In this document: one piece after another, positions 8,002 through 15,080 of the stretch
How positions within the stretch are numbered: position 1 is the stretch's first letter
How the letters are laid out: every line of letters starts with the position of its first letter
Assembly (NCBI GenBank): GCA_046726415.1
Contig: JBKPAK010000239.1
Span: forward strand, 1 to 25,028
Direction of reading: 5' to 3'
Origin: Candidatus Methylomirabilota bacterium
Lineage (GTDB): Bacteria; Methylomirabilota; Methylomirabilia; Rokubacteriales; CSP1-6
Length of the DNA stretch: 25,028 nucleotides
The notes under the pieces: generated by a model
Database searches by the model: none
Told to the model about the DNA's origin: nothing
Seen by the model: only the letters and a program-made list of their open reading frames with translations
Made by a program: the position numbers and the translations under genes

Positions 8002-8277
8002 ATGATGAAAGGCGGCGACGATTGGAGGATGTTTGCCCCGCTCCGACGCGGCGAGCCCATCTCGCCGGAAGCCAAGCTGGTCGCCGTGCTCAAGATGCAC
8101 TCGGCCGGGGCCACCGCGGCCACGCTGGCTGACGAGCTGCTCCAGACCGGTTCCGTTGTGGGGATGAGGGCGCCCGTGACGAAGCGGATCGGCCAGTTGC
8201 TCGACGAGCTGGAGCAGACGGCGCGGGTCGAGCGAATTCCCGACGGACGCTACCGCGTGGTCAGGGCCCGGGCGTGA
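8002..8277 (+). CDS. Small hypothetical protein, winged-helix-like
   Basis: LVAVLKMHSAGATAATLADEL...IGQLLDELEQTARVERIPDGRYRV resembles HTH plus wing; start uncertain (8002, 8005 or 8029). Confidence 0.6.
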   Translation: MMKGGDDWRMFAPLRRGEPISPEAKLVAVLKMHSAGATAATLADELLQTGSVVGMRAPVTKRIGQLLDELEQTARVERIPDGRYRVVRARA

Positions 8278-8281
8278 CCGT

Positions 8282-8542
8282 ATGAAGCTCAGCCAGCCTC
8301 AGCGCGAGGTGCTCGAGCGGATGGCCCAGGGAGGGGTGCTCTTTGTCAGGCTCGAGCCGCGCGAGGCGGGCGTGCAGGAGACGTGCTGGATCGGCACGGT
8401 CGAGCTGCCGCCGATGACCGTCAACGCCCTCATCACGGCTCGGCTCGTCGAGCAGCGGGACAAGATCCCCGGAAAAGGCGGGGGGCTGACCGCGTCGTAC
8501 GTCATGAGTTTCGCCGGGCAGGTGGCTCTGCAGGTTTCGTGA
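8282..8542 (+). CDS. Small hypothetical protein, winged-helix-like
   Basis: MKLSQPQREVLERMAQG...TVNALITARLVE...YVMSFAGQVAL; starts 4 nt after the previous stop. Confidence 0.65.
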   Translation: MKLSQPQREVLERMAQGGVLFVRLEPREAGVQETCWIGTVELPPMTVNALITARLVEQRDKIPGKGGGLTASYVMSFAGQVALQVS

Positions 8543-8546
8543 GGCA

Positions 8547-8624
8547 CGCCACACGCGCTAGCCGACCCGCCTCGGAGGCGCCTCGCCACTGGCGCTAGCC
8601 GACCCGCCTCGGAGGCGCCTCGCC
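8547..8624. repeat. 37-bp period tandem repeat with internal palindrome
   Basis: GCGCTAGCCGACCCGCCTCGGAGGCGCCTCGCC identical at 8555-8587 and 8592-8624; contains CGCCTC-G-GAGGCG. Confidence 0.9.
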
Positions 8625-8721
8625 CGGGGTGCGACCGAGCAACGACATCGGGCCGCGGCCGGATGTGCCTGAACGGTGACCTGGGGTGACCTGCACCTGT
8701 GATGCGCGCCGGCGAATCTCA

Positions 8722-8750
8722 TTGACAAGGCTCGCGCCGTATGCGCTAAT
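8722..8750 (+). promoter_or_regulatory. Putative sigma70 promoter of cspA
   Basis: Perfect -35 TTGACA 8722-8727, 17-bp spacer, -10 GCTAAT 8745-8750. Confidence 0.6.
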
Positions 8751-8812
8751 GTCTGCGCTCTGGTGTTTTGTTACGGCTACGCGCTCAGCAGAGTCCGCCT
8801 GAGATCGAGTTT

Positions 8813-8851
8813 GACGCCGCGCGAGATCCAGTTCGCGCGGCGTTTTTGTTT
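8813..8851 (+). terminator. Intrinsic terminator-like hairpin inside the cspA leader
   Basis: GACGCCGCGCGA-GATCCAGT-TCGCGCGGCGTT followed by TTTGTTT. Confidence 0.65.
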
Positions 8852-8932
8852 GTCTCTGCGTCTCGCGCAGGCGCTCCCCGTTGAGGGCGGGAGCATCCAC
8901 GGGGCCGAGGGCCCCTGAAAGGACGGCAGGAG

Positions 8933-9133
8933 ATGGCCACAGGACAGGTGAAGTGGTTCAATGATGCGAAGGGGTTCGGGTTCATCACGCAGGAGGGCGG
9001 CGAGGACGTGTTCGTGCACTTCAGCGCGATCCAGGCGTCGGGCTTCAAGAGCTTGACCGAGGGAGAGCGCGTGGAGTTTGACATCACGCGAGGTCCAAAA
9101 GGCTTACAGGCGGCGAACGTTCGCAAGGCGTAG
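8933..9133 (+). CDS. cspA: Cold-shock protein (CspA family)
   Basis: [15 protein letters not shown] (RNP1) and DVFVHFSAI (RNP2), 66 aa; AGGAG SD. Confidence 0.97.
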   Translation: MATGQVKWFNDAKGFGFITQEGGEDVFVHFSAIQASGFKSLTEGERVEFDITRGPKGLQAANVRKA

Positions 9134-9154
9134 CGGCTCGCGAGGTCGTTAGGC

Positions 9155-9191
9155 GGCCCCGGCGCCACCGACGGTCGACGGCGCCGGGGCC
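9155..9191. terminator. GC-rich hairpin between convergent genes
   Basis: GGCCCCGGCGCC 9155-9166 with GGCGCCGGGGCC 9180-9191; no U-tract. Confidence 0.55.
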
Positions 9192-9215
9192 AGCCCCACC
9201 GAGCACACGGGAGAC

Positions 9216-9764
9216 TCAGGAGGCGGAGGCCTTCACCGCCTTCAGCACTTCTGCTGGATCCAAGAGGTCGAGCGGGTTGTCCATGATCTTGACGAACTTC
9301 ACCGTTCCCGTCTTGTCGATGATGAAGTACGCCCGCTTGGCGTAGCGGTAGACCGGGCTCGCTGGGTCAGTCTGCATCGCCCCGTAGGCGGGGATCATCT
9401 GGCGCCGGAAATCCGAGAGCAGAAGCTGCGTACTCGAGTTCGCTTTCTGCCAGGCGGCGAGAGCGAGGTGATGATCGGTGCTGATGCCCACGACCTGGGC
9501 GCCTGCGGCCTCGAACTGCGGCAGCGCCGCCTCGAAGCCGTTCAGCTCCTTTGTTCAGGTGGGCGTGAAGGCCGCGATGAATGTGTAGATGACCACGGGG
9601 CCTTTGGCCGTCAGCTCGGACAGCTTGACCGGCTTCCCCTCGGGGTTGTTCAGCGTGAACTCGGGTGCCTTCTGCCCAACCTCCAGCGCCCTCGCCACAC
9701 TGGCCAGGGTCAGGCTGAGCAGCGCGGCCAAGACGATGCCTCGGACCAGCAAGGATCTGCGCAT
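9216..9764 (-). CDS. Peroxiredoxin-like (AhpC/TSA) protein with in-frame UGA, probable selenoprotein; N-terminal signal peptide
   Basis: The two ORF-track pieces are in frame. Read-through gives VGQKAPEFTL...FIAAFTPT(TGA)TKELNGF...VVGISTD...LLSD...KRAYFIIDKTGTV. TGA 9555-9557 sits at the peroxidatic Cys position. SD AGGGAGG before ATG 9764. Confidence 0.85.
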
Positions 9765-9817
9765 ACGACCCTCCCTTGCACGTGCGTTGTCGTCGCACGA
9801 AATGCTACGCCACTTCG

Positions 9818-9834
9818 GGAGTGTCCGACACTCC
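9818..9834. promoter_or_regulatory. Perfect 8-1-8 inverted repeat, candidate operator
   Basis: GGAGTGTC-C-GACACTCC, upstream of a minus-strand -10-like TAGCAT (9802-9807) for the peroxiredoxin gene. Confidence 0.45.
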
Positions 9835-9894
9835 ATTCTCAATGAACGATGTTTCGCCGCCGGTCCTCCCGATCGCCGGCGGTCAGGCCCGGCA

Positions 9895-10278
9895 TCAGTC
9901 GGGGATACAGGCGGTGGCCGTGATTTCCACCAGGAGTTCAGGAGAGTTCAGCATCACCTCCACCGTGGTCCTGGCGGGTTTGCCGGTCGGAAAGTACTTG
10001 GCGTACTCCGCGTTGTAGGCGGCCAGGTCCTCCCGTTTGGTCAGATGCGTGGTGACGGTCAGCACATTATCCAGCGAGGTGCCGGCCGCCTCCAGGATGC
10101 GCTTGATTCGCTCGAGAACGTTGTGAGTCTGCTCCCGGATGTCTCGGCCGATCTCCCCCGTGGTCGGGTGTCTGCCGGTTTGGCCGGCGACGAAAACCAG
10201 GTTGCCGAACCTGGTGGCGGGAGACAGATTCGGGTTGGCCGCGGCCAGATCGGCCTCAACGATTTCTTTTCTCGGCAT
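9895..10278 (-). CDS. RidA/YjgF/UK114 family protein
   Basis: GNLVFVAGQ, ILEAAGTSLDNV, YAKYFPTGKPARTTV, LLVEITATA. Confidence 0.93.
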   Translation of the reverse strand: MPRKEIVEADLAAANPNLSPATRFGNLVFVAGQTGRHPTTGEIGRDIREQTHNVLERIKRILEAAGTSLDNVLTVTTHLTKREDLAAYNAEYAKYFPTGKPARTTVEVMLNSPELLVEITATACIPD

Positions 10279-10345
10279 GGCGATTTCCCTCGGGTGGGTC
10301 TGACCGGTGAATATTCGATGGACCCACCGCGCTGTGAGACAGCCT

Positions 10346-11311
10346 TCAGGAGTCCGGTTGGCCGGCGCGCGATCCTTCGCTTGACGGAATCGACCATAGA
10401 TCGCTGAAGCGAGTGGCCACCACGTCGTCGTAGGCGACCGGCCCCGCGAGCAGGCCGATCGCCTGCGCGAACCGATTCATGGTGGCCACCGACACCTTCG
10501 AGATGACAGGGTCGTAGAAGGGGAGATCGCGCTCGACGATCGCGGCGATGATGTCGGCGGCGGCTGGCGGGAACCGCCTTCTGCCTACCTCGGTGGCCCG
10601 CGCGGGATCTTTCTTGAGAAGGTTCTGTGTCCGGACGATGGCCCGCACGACGGCGGCGACGCGCTCGGGCTCGCGGGCGATCAGGTCCTCAGTAGTCGCC
10701 AGGGCGGCCCATGTGTAGTGCCCCGCGCCGGGCGGGCCGTCGCCGCGCCGGACGTCGACCACGACCTTCCCGACACCGCGCCGCACCGCAGTCTCGCTGC
10801 CGAGCGCGTTGGCCCAGAATCCGTCGACGAGCCGGCGCTCGAGGGCCTCCGCGGCGAGCACGCCGAAGGATGCGCCCGGGGCGTCACCGCCGGGCACCGG
10901 TGCGATCGCCACGCGGTCCCGCGCGGGATCGATGCCCACCTCGTGGAGGAGATGGAGGAGCGCGCGGTCGGGGCCGGCCGCGGCGCCAATGCGAAGGCCC
11001 TTGATGGCAGCGATGTCGCCGCGTCGCACCGGGAGATCCGCGCGCAGGACCAGGAGCCACGGCGTTCCCTGGGATAGCGTGACGACGAGCTTCGCACCTC
11101 TCCAGCCTGGGAACGCGAGCAGCATGGTGTGGGCGCCGCCCGCCACGAAGTTAACCGCGCCATCGCGCAGGGCGTTCACGGCTTCGAGCGACGGGCGCAG
11201 CGCCACATGGGCGTCAATCCCCTCCTCGCGATAGATCCCCAGCTCTTCGGCGGCGAGGGCTGGGAAATAGGAATTTGTCACCAGATCTGGCGTGGCGATC
11301 TGCAGGGTCAT
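10346..11311 (-). CDS. NMT1/SsuA-like ABC-type substrate-binding protein (no signal peptide evident)
   Basis: YFPALAAEELGIYREEGID, IKGLRIGAA, VDGFWA, PERVAAVVRAI; AGGAG SD before ATG 11311. Confidence 0.85.
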   Translation of the reverse strand: MTLQIATPDLVTNSYFPALAAEELGIYREEGIDAHVALRPSLEAVNALRDGAVNFVAGGAHTMLLAFPGWRGAKLVVTLSQGTPWLLVLRADLPVRRGDIAAIKGLRIGAAAGPDRALLHLLHEVGIDPARDRVAIAPVPGGDAPGASFGVLAAEALERRLVDGFWANALGSETAVRRGVGKVVVDVRRGDGPPGAGHYTWAALATTEDLIAREPERVAAVVRAIVRTQNLLKKDPARATEVGRRRFPPAAADIIAAIVERDLPFYDPVISKVSVATMNRFAQAIGLLAGPVAYDDVVATRFSDLWSIPSSEGSRAGQPDS

Positions 11312-11393
11312 TGCGTCAGCTCCTGGGCGATCCGCAGGGTCACTGCGTCGGCTGCTCGGCGATCCGCAGGGTCACTGCGTCGGCTGCCCGGCG
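11294..11393. repeat. Three-copy 32-bp tandem repeat spanning the start codon of the binding-protein gene
   Basis: Unit GGCGATCCGCAGGGTCACTGCGTCGGCTGCTC at 11294, 11326 and 11358; the gene-proximal copy is the most diverged. Confidence 0.92.
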
Positions 11394-11483
11394 GGCCTCC
11401 GCCACTGATCGCTTCTGCGCGCCGCGTTCGAAGTGGCGCGTCGCGGGCCCGAAGGTGCGACGTGGTCGCGCTTCGACAGCGTC

Positions 11484-11990
11484 TCAGCGATCGGACGGCC
11501 AGCGCTCAGAGAGCCAGGCCGGGAGGGGCTCGCCCACCCCGGTGACCTCGAGTTGCCCGTCGCCGTCACCCCGGCCATCGGGGAAACGCTGCAAGGCTCC
11601 GGACATTTCGTAGTAAATCTCCAGCCGGTTCCCGTCGGGATCAAAGAAGTAAATGCTCCGCTGGTTCACGTGGTCCGTGGCGCGGTCGATTTTGACCCCG
11701 TGCTCCAGCAGATTGGAGTAGGCCTCACCAAGCGCCTCGTAGCTGGCCACCTGAAAGGCAGTATGGGCTACCCCAAGCGGCGTTCCGCCGGGCCGTTCGG
11801 CGCGCTCCGGGCTCGGGTGTTGGACTAGGTCGAGCGTGTGAAAGTCGTCGCCAAGGGTCATGAAGACCCCGCCGTGGTTGGGGTCCTCCTCGGCGACCCG
11901 GAAGCCCAGAACATCGCGATAAAAGACCTTGGACTGCTCGAGGTCTGCCACCCGAAGGAGCACATGGCCGATCTTCTTGAGCTGGATCAT
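11484..11990 (-). CDS. VOC family protein (single-domain, extradiol dioxygenase-like)
   Basis: IGHVLLRVADLEQSKVFYRDVLGF, FHTLDL, GVAHTAF, DHVNQRSIYFFDPDGNRLEIY. Confidence 0.9.
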   Translation of the reverse strand: MIQLKKIGHVLLRVADLEQSKVFYRDVLGFRVAEEDPNHGGVFMTLGDDFHTLDLVQHPSPERAERPGGTPLGVAHTAFQVASYEALGEAYSNLLEHGVKIDRATDHVNQRSIYFFDPDGNRLEIYYEMSGALQRFPDGRGDGDGQLEVTGVGEPLPAWLSERWPSDR

Positions 11991-12065
11991 CGCAACCTCC
12001 TCACCCCGCGTGTGCTCGGATACTACCCCAACCTCGTGGCCATGGCGCGACGGCGTGCCTACCCG

Positions 12066-12977
12066 TCACTCCTGCCGGCAGTAGCTGGGAACCCACGTCC
12101 GCTCGAGCAGATCCGCCGGCACGTCGCTGTAGTCGAAGCTCAATCCGTCTTGAATCATCTGGTTGATGTCAAAGAGATACACGCTCTCGGGAACGTCGCG
12201 AAGAAAGGCGCGGAACAGTGGCCCTACGATCCAGCGCGCCATCCGGGTCCCCCGGCGGCCGAGGAAGTTTCGGCGCTGGCCGATGTGGGCGAGCTCGTCA
12301 ACCATGATCTCATGCAGCAATTCGCGAATGCGCTGGCAAGCCTCCGGCTCATCGCCGAGCAGCTGATCCAACAGCGCGTCGACATGGCGGTAGAACGTGA
12401 TCCCGAGCAGCTCGGTGACGAACGCGGGGGGATCCTTGACGGCGTTGGGGATGCCCGGGAAGAGGCGATAGAGTCGTTGCTTCAGGGGGCTGAGAGGCAA
12501 CCAGGCGACCTGGTCGAGCTGAACGGTTCGAAAGATCTCGTCGAAGTAGCGCATGTGGCAGAACTCCTCGGCGAGATGGTAGCGACTGATCTTCGCGGTG
12601 GTCGTCCTCGACTGTTCCAGGCGCAGGGTAGCATCCCAGGCCGCCGAGATGCCCACCCACTCGTGGCGCGCGACCTTGTAGAGGCACGTGAACAGGAGGG
12701 TTTTCCGGTCGATGGTGGCCGGATCGTCTCGAAACGCGACGTGGTTGCGATAGAACTGCGCGGGGTCGGCTAGGGGGCGCCGCGAACGGACGGGTCGCGC
12801 TCGAAAGGCACGGAGCTTCTGGCGCTTCGCCGCGAGGTCTTTCTCGGCTTCGAAGAGCTCGCCGTTCTGTGAGCGGGTGAAGGCGAGGTAGTCCTCGAAG
12901 TTCGCCTGTCGTTCGCGCGGGGTGGCGTCGGTGAAGATCGAACGGTAGTGGCCATTCTGGTGGGTCCGACTCGGCAT
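12066..12977 (-). CDS. Ferritin-like diiron-carboxylate protein
   Basis: Four-helix-bundle ligand pattern: RHEW...AEEFCH...TELLG...VDELAH (two ExxH motifs). Confidence 0.7.
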   Translation of the reverse strand: MPSRTHQNGHYRSIFTDATPRERQANFEDYLAFTRSQNGELFEAEKDLAAKRQKLRAFRARPVRSRRPLADPAQFYRNHVAFRDDPATIDRKTLLFTCLYKVARHEWVGISAAWDATLRLEQSRTTTAKISRYHLAEEFCHMRYFDEIFRTVQLDQVAWLPLSPLKQRLYRLFPGIPNAVKDPPAFVTELLGITFYRHVDALLDQLLGDEPEACQRIRELLHEIMVDELAHIGQRRNFLGRRGTRMARWIVGPLFRAFLRDVPESVYLFDINQMIQDGLSFDYSDVPADLLERTWVPSYCRQE

Positions 12978-13017
12978 AGTGAGGTCCTCGATTCGAGCGG
13001 AGTGCCAGGCACCGCAG

Positions 13018-13437
13018 TCATTCTGGTTCGGCGGGAATCAAGAGGACGCGCGTCCGGCGGACGCTGATGCCTTCGGTCGCGTCCCCATTCGGCCGGGCGA
13101 TGACTAAGCGCACGCCGTGCCGCGCCGTGACCAGGACCAAGGTCGCTTCCCCCACGCGCAGGTACCACGCGCGATCGCCCACGCGGAGGCGTTGGCTCAG
13201 GATGAGACCGAATAGCGCGCTGACCGGCCTCCAACGCGCGCGCAGAGGCGCAACGAAGAGGCCGGCGACGAGAACCACCAGCGCGAGAATGACTGTGCGC
13301 CTGGCTCCGAGCCCAAGTCCGGAGAGCACCCCCCAGAGCGCGCCCCACGCCAGGAGGGCATCGACCACGCGCAGGGCGCGGGCACGAGCGGTCCAGCGGG
13401 CGATGACAGGAGGCAGGGGTTTGAGGGGCGTTGGCAT
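13018..13437 (-). CDS. Hypothetical membrane protein
   Basis: Two to three hydrophobic helices followed by a beta-rich tail starting LRVGDRAWY; start at ATG 13437. Confidence 0.65.
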   Translation of the reverse strand: MPTPLKPLPPVIARWTARARALRVVDALLAWGALWGVLSGLGLGARRTVILALVVLVAGLFVAPLRARWRPVSALFGLILSQRLRVGDRAWYLRVGEATLVLVTARHGVRLVIARPNGDATEGISVRRTRVLLIPAEPE

Positions 13438-13608
13438 GACCGATCGTCTTGAGTGTGCCGTCATGCGGCCGAGCTGTCGAGGGGATATGTGCGGAGCCCG
13501 CTGACCGGTCTGACCGGCGCAGAGAGGGCGCTGGGCATTCAGCCTGTGGGACGCCGGTTCGAGTGCCTGGTCGACGAGGGCGGCCGCAGCTCCGATGGCG
13601 TCCCGGGA

Positions 13609-13971
13609 TTACTTCACCATGGACTTGAGAGTGCTCATCTGCTTCTGCAGATCGCTCAGATCGGTCGCGAGCTGTGGGAGCCGGGTCGCCTCGACCGGCC
13701 GCTCGGCCTCGCTCTGGAGCGAGTTGGCCTTGGCGAGGAGGTCGTCGGCCTGCTCCACCTGTTGGGGCGCGAGCTTGCCGCTGCTCTTCATGGACGTGAG
13801 CTCCGCCACCATGTCCCTCGCCTGCTTCAGCAGCGCATCCTTGGAGAGCCCGCCGGTGGGAAGCGATCCGACCCCCGGGACCTGAACGCCCCCCGGGAGC
13901 TGCGCGAGCGCCGCTCCTGTCGTCATGAGAAGTCCCACCACGAGCCACGCGCCGATCAGCCGTCGCTTCAT
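13609..13971 (-). CDS. Hypothetical secreted helical protein
   Basis: Signal peptide MKRRLIGAWLVVGLLMTTGAALA-Q, Pro/Gly linker, amphipathic helices; GGGGAG SD. Confidence 0.75.
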   Translation of the reverse strand: MKRRLIGAWLVVGLLMTTGAALAQLPGGVQVPGVGSLPTGGLSKDALLKQARDMVAELTSMKSSGKLAPQQVEQADDLLAKANSLQSEAERPVEATRLPQLATDLSDLQKQMSTLKSMVK

Positions 13972-14065
13972 CACTGCTACTCCCCCTGGAGGCTTGCCCG
14001 ATTGAATCGCGCTCGCCGGCGCTGAACACTCGAATCTTGGGGCTATATGCCAACCACCGCCGGCG

Positions 14066-14611
14066 CTATGCGGCGCGCTGCTGAGTGCGACCGCTTTCCT
14101 TCGAGCGTGAGGAACGGCCAGCCTTGGCCCGCGTCGCACCTCTTCGTGCCGCAGACGTCGACTTTGTCCGCTCGGCTGTCTTTCGCTTCTTCCAGTACGC
14201 CCTCATCCGCCGCGCCGCCGCCCGGCGAGCCGCCGGGCTCATCCGAGAACGTCGGGGCTTCGTCCGAGCCCTTGCCGCACCATTCTCGCCCGGCGACGAG
14301 CCTGGCTGGTGCGTCGCCGCCCTTCCCCCCTTGTGCGTCACGCTCATATGCCGGCCCAGATGCAGTGGAAGGGCGAAGGTCCGGCCGCATTCGGAGCAGG
14401 TGAGTGGCTTGGCGCCGCGCGACGCGGATTGACGGCGCCGAGATGATCTCCGCGGGACACCCCGAGAGCTGTTGCCGCCGATGGGCTCCAACCGATAGCC
14501 GAGCCGCGCCAAGACCTCGCGGAGATCGGCGAGGAGTTTTTCCTCGCGCTTGAGCACGGCCTGTTTCTCGGCGGCCAGGGCTTGGAAGGCTGCGTGAAGG
14601 CCAGTTTTCAT
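14066..14611 (-). CDS. Basic protein with N-terminal coiled coil, C2H2 zinc finger and Arg-rich helix
   Basis: KPLTCSECGRTFALPLHLGRHMSVTH (C-x2-C-x12-H-x4-H, 14333-14398); RRSRMSPAARRAAARRMRAYWKKRK; AAGGAG SD upstream. Confidence 0.85.
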   Translation of the reverse strand: MKTGLHAAFQALAAEKQAVLKREEKLLADLREVLARLGYRLEPIGGNSSRGVPRRSSRRRQSASRGAKPLTCSECGRTFALPLHLGRHMSVTHKGGRAATHQPGSSPGENGAARARTKPRRSRMSPAARRAAARRMRAYWKKRKTAERTKSTSAARRGATRAKAGRSSRSKESGRTQQRAA

Positions 14612-14840
14612 CGTCCAGACTCCTTCGGGTCGGATCGACCGCTGAGCAAGACCAGACTACCCTTTTCCTGCATCGCCGCAAAAGAATCTCCAGCGCGAAA
14701 CGGGTCAAACAGGAGCGCCGTCGTGCTGTGGCGTCAGGTGGACCATCTGAACGCCGTCGCCGACAATAGGAGGGCTGGTCCGTCTTCAGCCAGTTTGCCG
14801 CGACAGCCGCCGTATTGATCGGTCAGACCGCCTCAATGCT

Positions 14841-14856
14841 TGCATATCATGTGCCG
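14841..14856 (-). promoter_or_regulatory. Putative sigma54 (-24/-12) promoter
   Basis: Minus strand CGGCACATGATATGCA gives GG-N10-GC, close to TGGCAC-N5-TTGCW; points toward the zinc-finger gene. Confidence 0.4.
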
Positions 14857-15029
14857 ACGGTCATGGGCCCCGGCCGGACTGAGCTGCTCTCATCGCATCG
14901 TGGCATCTTCGACGGAGATGGAGAATACCCTGCGTTCCCGACGGCCATGGGCGAACATACCCAGAGTGTCAGCAAGTGAGCATTGACCGTCTGGTTCGCC
15001 GACAGACGCCTGGGACTTGCCTTCTCTGC

Positions 15030-15080
15030 CATTCCTCCCCCGAGACCCTGATTTCATTCCTCCCCCGAGACCCTGATTTC
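15030..15080. repeat. Perfect 25-bp tandem duplication
   Basis: CATTCCTCCCCCGAGACCCTGATTT at 15030-15054 and 15055-15079. Confidence 0.92.

Noticed and set aside
9555-9557. TGA as evidence of an alternative genetic code (Trp or Gly)
   Set aside because: Many genes in the window end properly at TGA, and this TGA aligns with a catalytic Cys position.
11294-11393. 32-bp repeats (and the 33-bp repeats at 8555-8624) as a CRISPR array
   Set aside because: Units are contiguous with no unique spacers, there are only two or three copies, and no cas genes are present.
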